Assembly: GCA_046045965.1 (NCBI GenBank)
Contig: JBJOKS010000025.1
Location: 34,188-98,187, forward strand
Reading direction: 5' to 3'
DNA from: Cyanobacteriota bacterium
GTDB taxonomy: Bacteria > Cyanobacteriota > Cyanobacteriia > Cyanobacteriales > Nostocaceae
DNA length: 64,000 bases
The notes below the pieces were generated by a model that was not told the origin of the DNA, made no database searches, and worked only from the letters and a program-made list of their open reading frames with translations. This document shows positions 50,467 through 59,594 of the stretch, one piece after another. Both the position numbers and the translations under genes were made by a program. Numbering within the stretch: the stretch's first letter is position 1; each line of letters begins with the position of its first letter.

Positions 50467-50790
50467 TTAAGCTGTTTCCAGAGGAGCCATTGTCAACCCA
50501 GCGCGACGCAGCTGTTGGTGATATAACTCCGCCGGTTCCTGGGGACCTACCCACACTATCGCTTGTCCTTCATAATGTACCTGATTAGTGAGATCCCAAG
50601 CGCGATCGCCTGACATTCCGGGAATATATTTCATCAAACATTCAGCCACGTGCTGAAAAGTATTGAAATCATCATTCAATACAATCACCTTATAATTAGG
50701 ATAGGTTTTTCGAGTAACTTGATTAACCCGATCAGGTGTTACAGTTGGTGCTGAAGCCATTCCATAAACAGTTGCAAGTCTTGTCTCCAT
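50467..50790 (-). CDS. clpS: ATP-dependent Clp protease adaptor ClpS
   Basis: YKVIVLNDDFNTFQHV, QVHYEGQAIVW, AELY. Confidence 0.95.
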   Translation of the reverse strand: METRLATVYGMASAPTVTPDRVNQVTRKTYPNYKVIVLNDDFNTFQHVAECLMKYIPGMSGDRAWDLTNQVHYEGQAIVWVGPQEPAELYHQQLRRAGLTMAPLETA

Positions 50791-50918
50791 AGATCAATAA
50801 ACTACGTTTTACAAAAAAACACTTCAAATAACTAGTTTAATTCATTGTTGGGTAGAGAAAAGTAGAGAGTTGAGAAAGACTACAATTAAGAACATATAAA
50901 CTGATAACAGGTGCAACA

Positions 50919-51356
50919 ATGAACACCTTTCAACTTTATACAACCGACTTCCATGCTTGGACTCAAGAACAGGTTAATTTACTCAAAACTCAACAATGGG
51001 ATACATTAGACACCGTTAACCTCATTGAAGAACTGGAAACTTTGGGAAGAAAAGAAAGACAAGAATTGAGAAATAGACTAGCGGTGTTGCTAGGACATCT
51101 ATTAAAATGGCAATTTCAAGCAGACAAACGTACTAACAGTTGGTTGAGTACAATTAAAGAACAACGTATTCAAATCAAACTACTTTTAGAAGATAGTCCT
51201 AGCTTAAAACCCTATTTACAGGAAATGTTTCTCACAGCTTACGAACTCGGTTTAGCATTAGCAATACGGGAAACTCAACTTGGTGAAAAAGTATTTCCAG
51301 AAATATGTCCTTACACTTCTGAACAAACCCTCAATTCTGAATTTTTACCAGAATAG
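50919..51356 (+). CDS. DUF29 family protein
   Basis: LYTTDFHAW, LIEELETLGR, HLLKWQFQ, SW..TIKEQR, DSPSLK, FPEICPY. Confidence 0.9.
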   Translation: MNTFQLYTTDFHAWTQEQVNLLKTQQWDTLDTVNLIEELETLGRKERQELRNRLAVLLGHLLKWQFQADKRTNSWLSTIKEQRIQIKLLLEDSPSLKPYLQEMFLTAYELGLALAIRETQLGEKVFPEICPYTSEQTLNSEFLPE

Positions 51357-51397
51357 GTGACAGATAACAGGTGACAACTGATAACTGATAACTGAAT

Positions 51398-53422
51398 TTA
51401 CCGCCAATCTTGCCAATTTTGATTAAAAATGGAAGTATCAGGAAAAGCTGTAGGATTACCGTTTTTCTCTAAAATACCTTTTAAAACCTGTAATTTGGGT
51501 TCTAATCTTGGTAAATCATCAACTAACTGATAAGGTGCTATATTTTCCTTCAATGCAAAACTAGCTACAGTTCCCGCAGCAGCGCCAGAAGACCATTCAA
51601 AAGAGTGTACCCGATAAGCAGCAGCAGCTATGTGACTGGTAGCAATACTTTTACCCCCTACTAATAAATTATCAATTTTTTGCGGAATCATTGCTCTCAA
51701 AGCAATTTGAAAAGGATAAGCGTTACCAGCACCCCGTCTTTCTCCCGCACGTTCTTTATTACCGGGTGCTTCCGCTGGACTGTTCTCCATACAAGGATGA
51801 AAATCTATTGCGTAATGTCCTATACCCACAGCATCCGGAAAAATAGTGGAACGGCTACGCTTTATCGCCGTATCTGGACTGACTTCACCTCTAATTACAG
51901 ATGTTGCTTCTAAACCTGCCAGTGTCGCTTTTAACTGAAGATACATATCTGCGGGTAGAGTTTTCTTGTAATACTCATCATTATAATTACGGCGAGAAAT
52001 ATCAACTTCCCAAATACCAAACCCTTGGGGTTGTCCCCAACTGGGACGGCCTATAATGCGTCTTCCTTCTCGCATATATGGATATTTTGATAAACCGTGT
52101 GCAGTTCCCATTGGTGAATTTATACCTGTTAATAAGCGGTTATTCGGTTGGGGTTGCTTCACACCTGCACCGAGTTGAGAATCTGTATTTCCCGCAACTA
52201 ACCAGTAATAATAAGCAAGTGCGTTTTCTTCACCTTTGCGGAGGGTTTCGGTTCTTAGTCCTCCTATCCAGCCACCGGGTTGTAATTGACCTGTGGCTTG
52301 TAATTGTTGACGTGTATAAATTAAATTATCTTGTGCTGTTCCTGGTCGGTAGTCATTACCCCAAGTCCAGTTTTGCATAGATATATCTCCTGGGGTGGTA
52401 GTTGTAAAATTGATACCACCGAATTTAGTTTGTTTACCTGTTTGCGGACTCCAAATACGACGATAGGTGAAAACTAAATCAAAATTGGCTAATCTTGATA
52501 GTTCATAACTAAAATATGGGGCATATTGATTATAAAATGGGGGCATGATTTGGTTTTGTGGTTCTTTAGTTGCCTCCATTGCAAAAGTATATGTAAAACC
52601 TTGGGTACAATAGGGATCATTTGTAGTGCTAGAAGATGAAGGTTCGAGATAGGAAAGGGGATCAATTCCTAAACGATAAGGTACATCAGCTAGGGCGATA
52701 ATTTCCCCAGTTTCACTTGCATCTACAACGTACCATTTATTATTATTTTTCTGTGATTGTTTGGGTAGAAAACGAATGATAGTTTTATTAAAACGGGAGG
52801 AATTTTGATAATTGTAAGCGTCTTCTATGGTTTGGGAGAGGGTGAAGGTGTTTAAAGGTGGGGCGTTTTTTGCTGGTTGATGTTGAATTGCGATCGCACC
52901 ATTTATAATCTTTCCATCTGCACTAATTTGTAGTTCTTTAATAATAGTATTGGGAAACCATTGTAATTTTCCTCGACCCTGTTTTTCTGCATCTTTTAAC
53001 ATTTGGGAAATGATATTGTGAGCATCACGGGGAAGAAAACAGGAGTCACTTACCCAACAGTCACCGGGGTTAAGTTTGCCATATTTGCGTTGAATGCGAT
53101 TTCGCAATTCCAAATATCCGCGAGAATAGAATTGTTTAGCTCGTTGGGTTGGTCTTTCATCTAACGCAGATGTACCTTGAGAGGAAATTTGTCCACCTAA
53201 CCAGTCGGTAATTTCTGTTAAACAAACGGTGTTTCCTGCGAGTAAGCTTTCGTAAGCTGTCGCAACTCCTGAAAGTCCACCACCGACAACGAGAATTTCA
53301 CAGTTGACGGTTTTATCTGGGTTTCTGGGTGGGGTTGCGGTGACGGAGTAGGGTGTGAGGAAGGTGGTTAGTAGGGTGATGCTGATGAGTTGGTGACAAG
53401 CCTTTTTTTGTCTGTTTTTCAT
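51398..53422 (-). CDS. Exported FAD-dependent oxidoreductase
   Basis: Signal-like N-terminus, ILVVGGGLSG, EITDWLGGQ, YPYMREGRRI, NLLVGGKSIA. Confidence 0.88.
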   Translation of the reverse strand: MKNRQKKACHQLISITLLTTFLTPYSVTATPPRNPDKTVNCEILVVGGGLSGVATAYESLLAGNTVCLTEITDWLGGQISSQGTSALDERPTQRAKQFYSRGYLELRNRIQRKYGKLNPGDCWVSDSCFLPRDAHNIISQMLKDAEKQGRGKLQWFPNTIIKELQISADGKIINGAIAIQHQPAKNAPPLNTFTLSQTIEDAYNYQNSSRFNKTIIRFLPKQSQKNNNKWYVVDASETGEIIALADVPYRLGIDPLSYLEPSSSSTTNDPYCTQGFTYTFAMEATKEPQNQIMPPFYNQYAPYFSYELSRLANFDLVFTYRRIWSPQTGKQTKFGGINFTTTTPGDISMQNWTWGNDYRPGTAQDNLIYTRQQLQATGQLQPGGWIGGLRTETLRKGEENALAYYYWLVAGNTDSQLGAGVKQPQPNNRLLTGINSPMGTAHGLSKYPYMREGRRIIGRPSWGQPQGFGIWEVDISRRNYNDEYYKKTLPADMYLQLKATLAGLEATSVIRGEVSPDTAIKRSRSTIFPDAVGIGHYAIDFHPCMENSPAEAPGNKERAGERRGAGNAYPFQIALRAMIPQKIDNLLVGGKSIATSHIAAAAYRVHSFEWSSGAAAGTVASFALKENIAPYQLVDDLPRLEPKLQVLKGILEKNGNPTAFPDTSIFNQNWQDWR

Positions 53423-53517
53423 GGTTGATGCACTTTGTAAACTACGTCATTTTGTAGACGGTGAGTGTGGGGGAAAGGTTCTTTATCAGTGGGAGTTAAG
53501 TATAGGTAGGAAAAAAT

Positions 53518-53586
53518 GAACCACGAAGGCACGAAGAACACGAAGAGAAGAGGGTAAGAGAGAGATTTTCTGTGAGTTCTGGTATA
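53518..53586 (+). repeat. Dispersed (CACGAAG)-type repeat, left arm of an inverted pair
   Basis: gaaccacgaaggcacgaagaacacgaagaga...agattttctgtgagtt. Confidence 0.75.
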
Positions 53587-53773
53587 TTTACGTAAGATTT
53601 ATTAATAAATTCTTAACAATTTTATATAAGTTTAGGTAAAAATTACCTTGGCTGTGATAATTTCTCATATTTAAAATTAGTGGTAACAAATTGTGAAGTG
53701 TAGCTTTGTTGTTTATCTAACTTCCAAGTTGCAACATAATTTCAAGCAACTCTTAACTCTTGAAAAATTACCT

Positions 53774-54136
53774 ATGGCACTATCAAAAATATTTCGCTCT
53801 GCATTTGCTGTAATCTTGACTTGTGTTATTGCATTAAATGGGTTTACTGGTTCAGCTTTTGCAGATAGTCGTTCAACAACTAATTTATTCTTGCAAACAA
53901 ATAGTCTAGCTTTTTTTAATTTTAGTTCGCTTGTTGACTCATTGGTAACAGGTTTTTGGCAAGGTTTAGGTGGTGCTATTGGTGGTGCTACTGGTACTAT
54001 AGCAGCTTGTTATGCAGTTGATTTTCTTGTTGCTCCTGTTGCACCACCAGCAGCAGCTTATCTAGCAGGAATGTGTCCTGGTATCGGACTAGCAGTAGGA
54101 GGAGGAACTGGTTTAATGGTAGCTTCTCCTAAATAA
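53774..54136 (+). CDS. Secreted Gly/Ala-rich glycine-zipper protein, bacteriocin-like (120 aa from ATG 53774)
   Basis: Sec signal ending AFA|DS, GFWQGLGGAIGGATG and GIGLAVGGGTG GxxxG repeats, two Cys in the mature region; terminator downstream. Confidence 0.75.
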   Translation: MALSKIFRSAFAVILTCVIALNGFTGSAFADSRSTTNLFLQTNSLAFFNFSSLVDSLVTGFWQGLGGAIGGATGTIAACYAVDFLVAPVAPPAAAYLAGMCPGIGLAVGGGTGLMVASPK

Positions 54137-54180
54137 ATTAGGAAAATCAGAGAATAGTAAATTTCTATATTATTCTATTT

Positions 54181-54210
54181 AATGAGTGGTCTTGTTCTAC
54201 TCATTTTTTT
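54181..54210 (+). terminator. Rho-independent terminator
   Basis: AATGAGTGG-loop-CTACTCATT stem followed by a T-run. Confidence 0.7.
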
Positions 54211-54225
54211 ATTTCTTTATTTTCA

Positions 54226-54311
54226 GGGATTATAAAATAACTCTCTCAAAATCTTATCTCTTCGTGTACTTCGTGTCTACCCTTCGGGAACACCTTCGGT
54301 GAACGTGGTTC
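54226..54311 (-). repeat. Right arm of the inverted (CACGAAG) repeat, interrupted by a ~24-25 nt double-hairpin insertion (54279-54303)
   Basis: tctcttcgtgtacttcgtgtct[acccttcgggaacaccttcggtgaa]cgtggttc versus the reverse complement of 53518-53548. Confidence 0.75.
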
Positions 54312-54339
54312 GTTCTTGATAGTCCAAATTATTAATAAC

Positions 54340-55272
54340 TTACAAAATTCTCTTACTAGCAATTTGACAATAATCTTCATTAATATCAATACCAATAAAT
54401 TTACGTCCTTTCTTCATTGCTACTAAACCCACAGTACCAGCACCAAAAAAAGGATCAAGAACTATTCCCCCCTCAGATGAACCTGCTAAAATACATGGTT
54501 CTATTAATTGTTCTGGAAACACCGCAAAATGTGCATCTCTAAATTTAGATAAAGGAACTTCCCAAACAGTCCGCTTATTTCTTCCTTTAGGATGAAAAGC
54601 TTGATCCCATCTACCATTATGTAAATTAGAATTACCTGCATTTTTACCCTGTTCTGGAGTTCCCCCTTTTTTACCTAAATGATTTCTTCCACCCCGCATT
54701 TTACTATTTTCCGAAAAAGTTACATGAGGTTCACGAATAGCATCAGCATCATAGTAATACTTTAAACTTTTCGCAAATAAAAAAATATATTCATGGTCAG
54801 TTGTAGGACGATTTTTTACAGAAGATGGCATAGCATTAGGTTTATACCAAATAATATCTGACCTTAAAATCCATCCTCTTTGTTTTAATGCTAATGCCAA
54901 TTTCCAAGGTAAACCCGCTAAATTTCCATCTATATACTTATCACCTAAATTTAACCACAGTGTACCATCTTCTTTTAATACTCTTTTAACTTCATCAAAT
55001 ATTTCTAAAAGTCGGTTTATATATTCATCTGTACTTTCTTCAATCCCAATTTGTTTTTCTGCACAATAGTCACGCTGACCATAATAAGGAGGACTGGTAA
55101 CAACCGTTTGTACTAATGAATCTGGTAGTTTTTTCAGAGAATCTAAAGCTTCTCCATTGATGATAAAATTAGACTGCTCAAAATTAACTTTATCAATATC
55201 TTCTATTTTCACTATCAACTTTCGATCCAAATCAGCAAACAATGGAAGATTAGCAGTGATATAATCCAGCAC
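54340..55272 (-). CDS. Orphan site-specific DNA methyltransferase, beta class (SPPY, probably N4-cytosine)
   Basis: Catalytic VVTSPPY precedes SAM-binding VLDPFFGAGT; DIIWYKPNAMP, HEYIFLF, HFAVFP. Confidence 0.92.
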   Translation of the reverse strand: MLDYITANLPLFADLDRKLIVKIEDIDKVNFEQSNFIINGEALDSLKKLPDSLVQTVVTSPPYYGQRDYCAEKQIGIEESTDEYINRLLEIFDEVKRVLKEDGTLWLNLGDKYIDGNLAGLPWKLALALKQRGWILRSDIIWYKPNAMPSSVKNRPTTDHEYIFLFAKSLKYYYDADAIREPHVTFSENSKMRGGRNHLGKKGGTPEQGKNAGNSNLHNGRWDQAFHPKGRNKRTVWEVPLSKFRDAHFAVFPEQLIEPCILAGSSEGGIVLDPFFGAGTVGLVAMKKGRKFIGIDINEDYCQIASKRIL

Positions 55273-55344
55273 AGAATTTACTTTAAATTTTAAATGGTAA
55301 TTATAGTCATAATAAACTATTCCCGAATCAACAGCAACCTGAGA

Positions 55345-55494
55345 CTAAGATTTTTCCTTGGTCTTATTGCTGCGACTAAGTGCTAATTTAATTTCTATTA
55401 AAGCTGCTTCTTCTGGAGTTAGTTCCAGGAATTCTGCAACTGTTCCCACTTTCCAACCTTTAGCTTCTAGACTTTCTATCTTTAATTTTTCCAT
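55345..55494 (-). pseudogene. Truncated XRE/HigA-type antitoxin N-terminus (49 aa; not in the ORF track)
   Basis: MEKLKIESLEAKGWKVGTVAEFLELTPEEAALIEIKLALSRSNKTKEKS*, with a GGAGG RBS upstream; stops where the HTH would begin. Confidence 0.7.
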
Positions 55495-55634
55495 AGTTCA
55501 ATCCTCCAATAGCTGTTTTATCTCCCTTAATCTGCTAATATCAGACAACCACCCCGAAAACCAGTAACCCTACATTGATAATCTATCATAGACATACCAC
55601 AGCAAAAAACCACCTTACAGCTAGGGAAAGTGCC

Positions 55635-58055
55635 ATGAACAGCAAAAACCCCATTTTTTCAAAATTAGCTTTAAAAATCGCCATTTTATTATCACCGTTG
55701 CTGTTATCTACTGGTTTTTTGGGTGGAAAACTGCAACTTTCCGCTACTGCTCAGGTATTATCAAATCAGGAACGGGAAGAATTAACCAGACTGCGACAAG
55801 AAAACCGCATTCAAAAGCAAGTACAGTCAGACTTTGAGAGTGCTTTCACTCGCACGAATACCCTGCTCAATATCTGGTTAACCATTTTAAGTTTATTTCC
55901 TGTAGTTTTAATTGCTACATTATGGTTGTTACGGAAAGCCATAATTCGGGAAATTGTTGAACGAGCAATGCAACAAGTACAAGGGATAGAAAAGTTGCAA
56001 ACTCAACTAATTACTGTTAACCAAGATGCGGAAAATTTGCTTCACTCATCTCAAAATATCATTCAGGAATTAGCACAGGAAGCTAACAGACTGAAAACAG
56101 CAATTCAAGGTGAAGAAGCAAATTTATCTATACTTTTATCAGATTTACCAAAATCAAAACAAGAATTTTTAACAGCATTAGAAAGAGAAGTTGAATCTGC
56201 TCAAGAAAATATCAGCAATTTAGAATTTAAACTCAATACTCAATTAGAACAGGTCACTTTATCTGCTCAACAACAAAGAATCACTATTGAAAATGTCAAG
56301 AAATTAGAAACTGAGTTAGTTTCTCGATTTACCAAACTCACATTAGCAGTTGAAAATCAAAAAGATATAGCTATTAATGATATTGAACAATCCCGTTCTC
56401 AGTTGATATCTCTACTGCATGGGTTAGAGTCGGAAACTCTACAGCGAAAAGAAAATACTTTTGAAAGTATATCACAATCGCGCTCAGAATTTACTGATCA
56501 ATTATTTCAATTTCAGTCAGATGCTCAACATCAAAAAGATATATTTATAGATAATCTCGAAAAAATCAATAATCTGTTTAAATCACAAGTTTCAGAGTTA
56601 CAAATTGATGCTCAAAACCAAAAAGATAAACTGCTTGCTGGTTTTGTACAATTACAATTAGAATTTTCTGATCAACTCGCAGAAGTACAAAATTATGCTC
56701 ACCAGTGTCAACAGCAAATTATTGACAATTTAGAAGCATCTGGTAAAGAATTTAGTTCTCGTTTTTCAGAGATACAAAATGATGTCCAGAAAGATATTCA
56801 ACAACAGCAATTTATCATTCGGGAAAATTTACAAAAGTTAGAATCTGAAGTGATAAACCAGCTTGCAGAATTCCAGAATAATGCTCACAAACGTCAACAA
56901 CAAATTATTGACAATTTAGAAGCATCAGGTGGTGAATTTACTTCTCAGTTTGCAGATATTCAGACTGATATTCAACAACAGAAATTGAAGATTTTACAGA
57001 AGTTGCAAAATGTAGAATCTGAAGTGATAAACCAGCTTGCAGAATTCCAGAATAATGCTCACAAACGTCAACAACAAATTATTGACAATTTAGAAGCATC
57101 AGGTGGTGAATTTACTTCTCAGTTTGCAGATATTCAGACTGATATTCAACAACAGAAATTGAAGATTTTACAGAAGTTAGAAAATTTAGAAAAGTTAGAA
57201 GCTGAATTTACTGTAAAACTTTCAGAATTACAATTAGATGCTCAAAAACGGAAAGATGCAATATTACAAGAGTTAGCAGAAATTAAACCTCAACCTAACC
57301 CAAAACCGGAAAAAATCGTAGAAAAATTACCAGAAAAATTACCAAAACCCACACAACCTGAAATTTCTGCTGATGATTATATCAAACAAGCGGAAATGCT
57401 ATTTTCAGCGAAACGCTATGAAGATGCTTTAGCTATCTATGAGCAAATAGTTATAATTAAATCTGATGATGCAGAAACTTGGCTGAAACGCGGTTTAATT
57501 CTGAATAGGTTAAAACGCTATAAAGAGGCGATTATGTCCTATAATAAAGCTATTAAAATTAACCCCAATTATCATCAAGCTTGGTGTGATATTGGTGTTG
57601 CTTGTGGTAATTTGGGTAAGCATAAAGAAGCTTTCAACTGTTTTGATAAAGCTACGCAAATTCAGCCAGATGATGGTGTAGCTTGGTTAAATCGTGGTTT
57701 GTCTTTGATAGAATTGGAACGTTACGAAGATGCGATCGCTTCCTTTGATAAAGCGTTAGAGTTCCAACCCGACTCACCCAAAATCTTGGATAAACGCGGT
57801 TACACATTGGTAAGATTAGGAAGAGATGACGAAGCAATTATCAACTTTGACAAAGCACTAGAAATAAAACCAGACTATGTTAGTGCTTATTATAATAAAG
57901 CAGCTTGTTATGCACTGCAAAGAGAAGTAAAATTAGCTGTAGAGAATTTGCAAAAAGCGATTCAGCTTAAACCTAGCTATAAGGAAGATGCAGCGACTGA
58001 TATTGATTTTGATGATATTAACCAAGAGCAGAGCTTTCAGCAATTAATATCATAG
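55635..58055 (+). CDS. Membrane-anchored long coiled-coil protein with C-terminal TPR array; likely start ATG at 55635
   Basis: Signal/TM segments, Q/E-rich repeats of ~29/58 aa, PKPE linker, ~6 TPRs (AW.NRG..L..L.RYE.AI..FDKAL). Confidence 0.88.
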   Translation: MNSKNPIFSKLALKIAILLSPLLLSTGFLGGKLQLSATAQVLSNQEREELTRLRQENRIQKQVQSDFESAFTRTNTLLNIWLTILSLFPVVLIATLWLLRKAIIREIVERAMQQVQGIEKLQTQLITVNQDAENLLHSSQNIIQELAQEANRLKTAIQGEEANLSILLSDLPKSKQEFLTALEREVESAQENISNLEFKLNTQLEQVTLSAQQQRITIENVKKLETELVSRFTKLTLAVENQKDIAINDIEQSRSQLISLLHGLESETLQRKENTFESISQSRSEFTDQLFQFQSDAQHQKDIFIDNLEKINNLFKSQVSELQIDAQNQKDKLLAGFVQLQLEFSDQLAEVQNYAHQCQQQIIDNLEASGKEFSSRFSEIQNDVQKDIQQQQFIIRENLQKLESEVINQLAEFQNNAHKRQQQIIDNLEASGGEFTSQFADIQTDIQQQKLKILQKLQNVESEVINQLAEFQNNAHKRQQQIIDNLEASGGEFTSQFADIQTDIQQQKLKILQKLENLEKLEAEFTVKLSELQLDAQKRKDAILQELAEIKPQPNPKPEKIVEKLPEKLPKPTQPEISADDYIKQAEMLFSAKRYEDALAIYEQIVIIKSDDAETWLKRGLILNRLKRYKEAIMSYNKAIKINPNYHQAWCDIGVACGNLGKHKEAFNCFDKATQIQPDDGVAWLNRGLSLIELERYEDAIASFDKALEFQPDSPKILDKRGYTLVRLGRDDEAIINFDKALEIKPDYVSAYYNKAACYALQREVKLAVENLQKAIQLKPSYKEDAATDIDFDDINQEQSFQQLIS
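56839..57178 (+). repeat. Intragenic tandem duplication, period 174 nt (58 aa), 166 nt identical
   Basis: gaatctgaagtgataaaccagcttgcag... begins at 56841 and again at 57015. Confidence 0.95.
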
Positions 58056-58076
58056 TAGGTCATGATAAATGAAAAA

Positions 58077-58120
58077 TACCCCTGCATAGTTTCTACACTC
58101 ATTAGAACCTATAAAGGGGT
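58077..58120. terminator. Imperfect hairpin downstream of the TPR gene
   Basis: tacccct..atag.ttcta / tagaa.ctat..aggggta. Confidence 0.5.
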
Positions 58121-58438
58121 AATTTGAAGTCATTAATGCCTCTTATGAAGAGAGGGGGATGTAGCAGAGAAATTGGATAATAGGTGAGCTGCAATTGTGC
58201 AAGGAAAAGCTTTTACAACTATGTAGTTTCCACTGAAGGAAATCCTATCAATGCCTCTTCATTGAAGATATAACGTATTTCTCCTAAATCTCATCTATCT
58301 AGAGAAATAGGAAAAAATATATCCAAAGTATTATTGACAAATAATATTTAGTATGATAAGCCCGCAATCCAGAACAGCAGAACATTTACATACAGTGCCT
58401 GATGTAGAACGTTAGCTAAAAATAGTTTAATCAACGGA

Positions 58439-58467
58439 TTGACAAGTATAACCACGTACATTACTCT
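58439..58467 (+). promoter_or_regulatory. Candidate sigma70-type promoter for the wzm/wzt operon
   Basis: TTGACA-17 nt-TACTCT; two further TTGACA hexamers nearby (58334, 58482). Confidence 0.4.
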
Positions 58468-58628
58468 TGATTAGAGTTATATTGACAGGGGTTTATGTAT
58501 TTTTGTTAATTTTCTCAAAGATGATAGATAGGAAATGCAAATGTCTTTTATCAAAGATTCTTACGATTTTATGGTTTCCCTAAGTGATTAAAAGTAGATA
58601 AATCACACTACTAAATAATTTGAATAAG

Positions 58629-59498
58629 ATGAGTAAAGCCAGTTATTGCCATAAAACTAAAAGAGTCATATACACACCAGAGAGTACAATCCGTCATCCA
58701 TTAATTTTATTAAAAGTGATGTGGCGCGATTTATTGGCATCACGGGAACTAGCGTGGCGATTGTTAGTAAGAGATATTAGCGCCCAATATCGTCAGTCTT
58801 TCTTTGGTGTACTGTGGGCATTTTTTCCACCGATCATCACTGCCTTGGGGTTAGTAATAGCCAAAAATACTGGGGCTGTAAATATTGGTAATACTGATAT
58901 TCCCTATCCAGCCTATGTGATGTTTAGTATGTCACTATGGCAGACCTTTGTAGAAGCTTTAAATAGTCCTTTGGCTGCTGTAAATGCTGCCAAGCCAATG
59001 CTGGCTAAGATTAATTTTCCTAGAGAAGCGATTATCTTAGCTAAGTTAGGGGAAGTGTTTTTTAATTTTAGTATTAAGTTAATTTTAATTTTCGGGTTGT
59101 TTGTTTGGTTTAAGATTCCTATTACATGGAGTGCGATTCTAGCACCTGTTGCTTTGATCCATTTGGTCATATTAGGGACAGGAATTGGCTTGCTCCTTGC
59201 TCCTTTTGGGGCTTTGTATGGAGATGTGGGACGCTTGATTCCCATAATAGTTGCTCCTTGGCTGTTGTTAACTCCTGTAATTTATCCGGTTCCCAAACAA
59301 GGGTGGTTTAGTGTGGTGGTGAATTGGAATCCTGTCACACCACTATTAGTCACAGTCAGAGATTTGGCAACAACTGGAGTAGTATCTGATCCCACAAGGT
59401 TTTGGCTGGTCAGTGGTTTGAGTTTTGCATTGCTATTAGTTGCTTGGATTTTGTATCGTTTGTCCATGCCATTTATTATCGAGCGTATGAGTTCTTAA
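58629..59498 (+). CDS. wzm: Polysaccharide ABC exporter permease (Wzm/RfbA-like)
   Basis: RDISAQYRQSFFGVLW, KINFPRE, LTPVIYP, WNPVT; six TM. Confidence 0.9.
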   Translation: MSKASYCHKTKRVIYTPESTIRHPLILLKVMWRDLLASRELAWRLLVRDISAQYRQSFFGVLWAFFPPIITALGLVIAKNTGAVNIGNTDIPYPAYVMFSMSLWQTFVEALNSPLAAVNAAKPMLAKINFPREAIILAKLGEVFFNFSIKLILIFGLFVWFKIPITWSAILAPVALIHLVILGTGIGLLLAPFGALYGDVGRLIPIIVAPWLLLTPVIYPVPKQGWFSVVVNWNPVTPLLVTVRDLATTGVVSDPTRFWLVSGLSFALLLVAWILYRLSMPFIIERMSS

Positions 59499-59594
59499 TA
59501 GGCAACATATAAATGTTCTATTTTCTTTTCCTGTGAACTAAAAAGCTATTATCATGACTGAGCAATTATAAATTAACAACTAAAAGTAAGGTTT

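Noticed and set aside
50462..50554. N-terminal extension of the 129-aa ORF overlapping clpS
   Set aside because: The recognisable domain begins at ATG 50461; the extension is an alternative frame of clpS
54340..55272. Complete type II restriction-modification system
   Set aside because: No adjacent ORF with size or motifs compatible with an endonuclease
55358..55567. 69-aa plus-strand ORF
   Set aside because: Antisense shadow of the truncated antitoxin ORF, which has an RBS and a recognisable sequence
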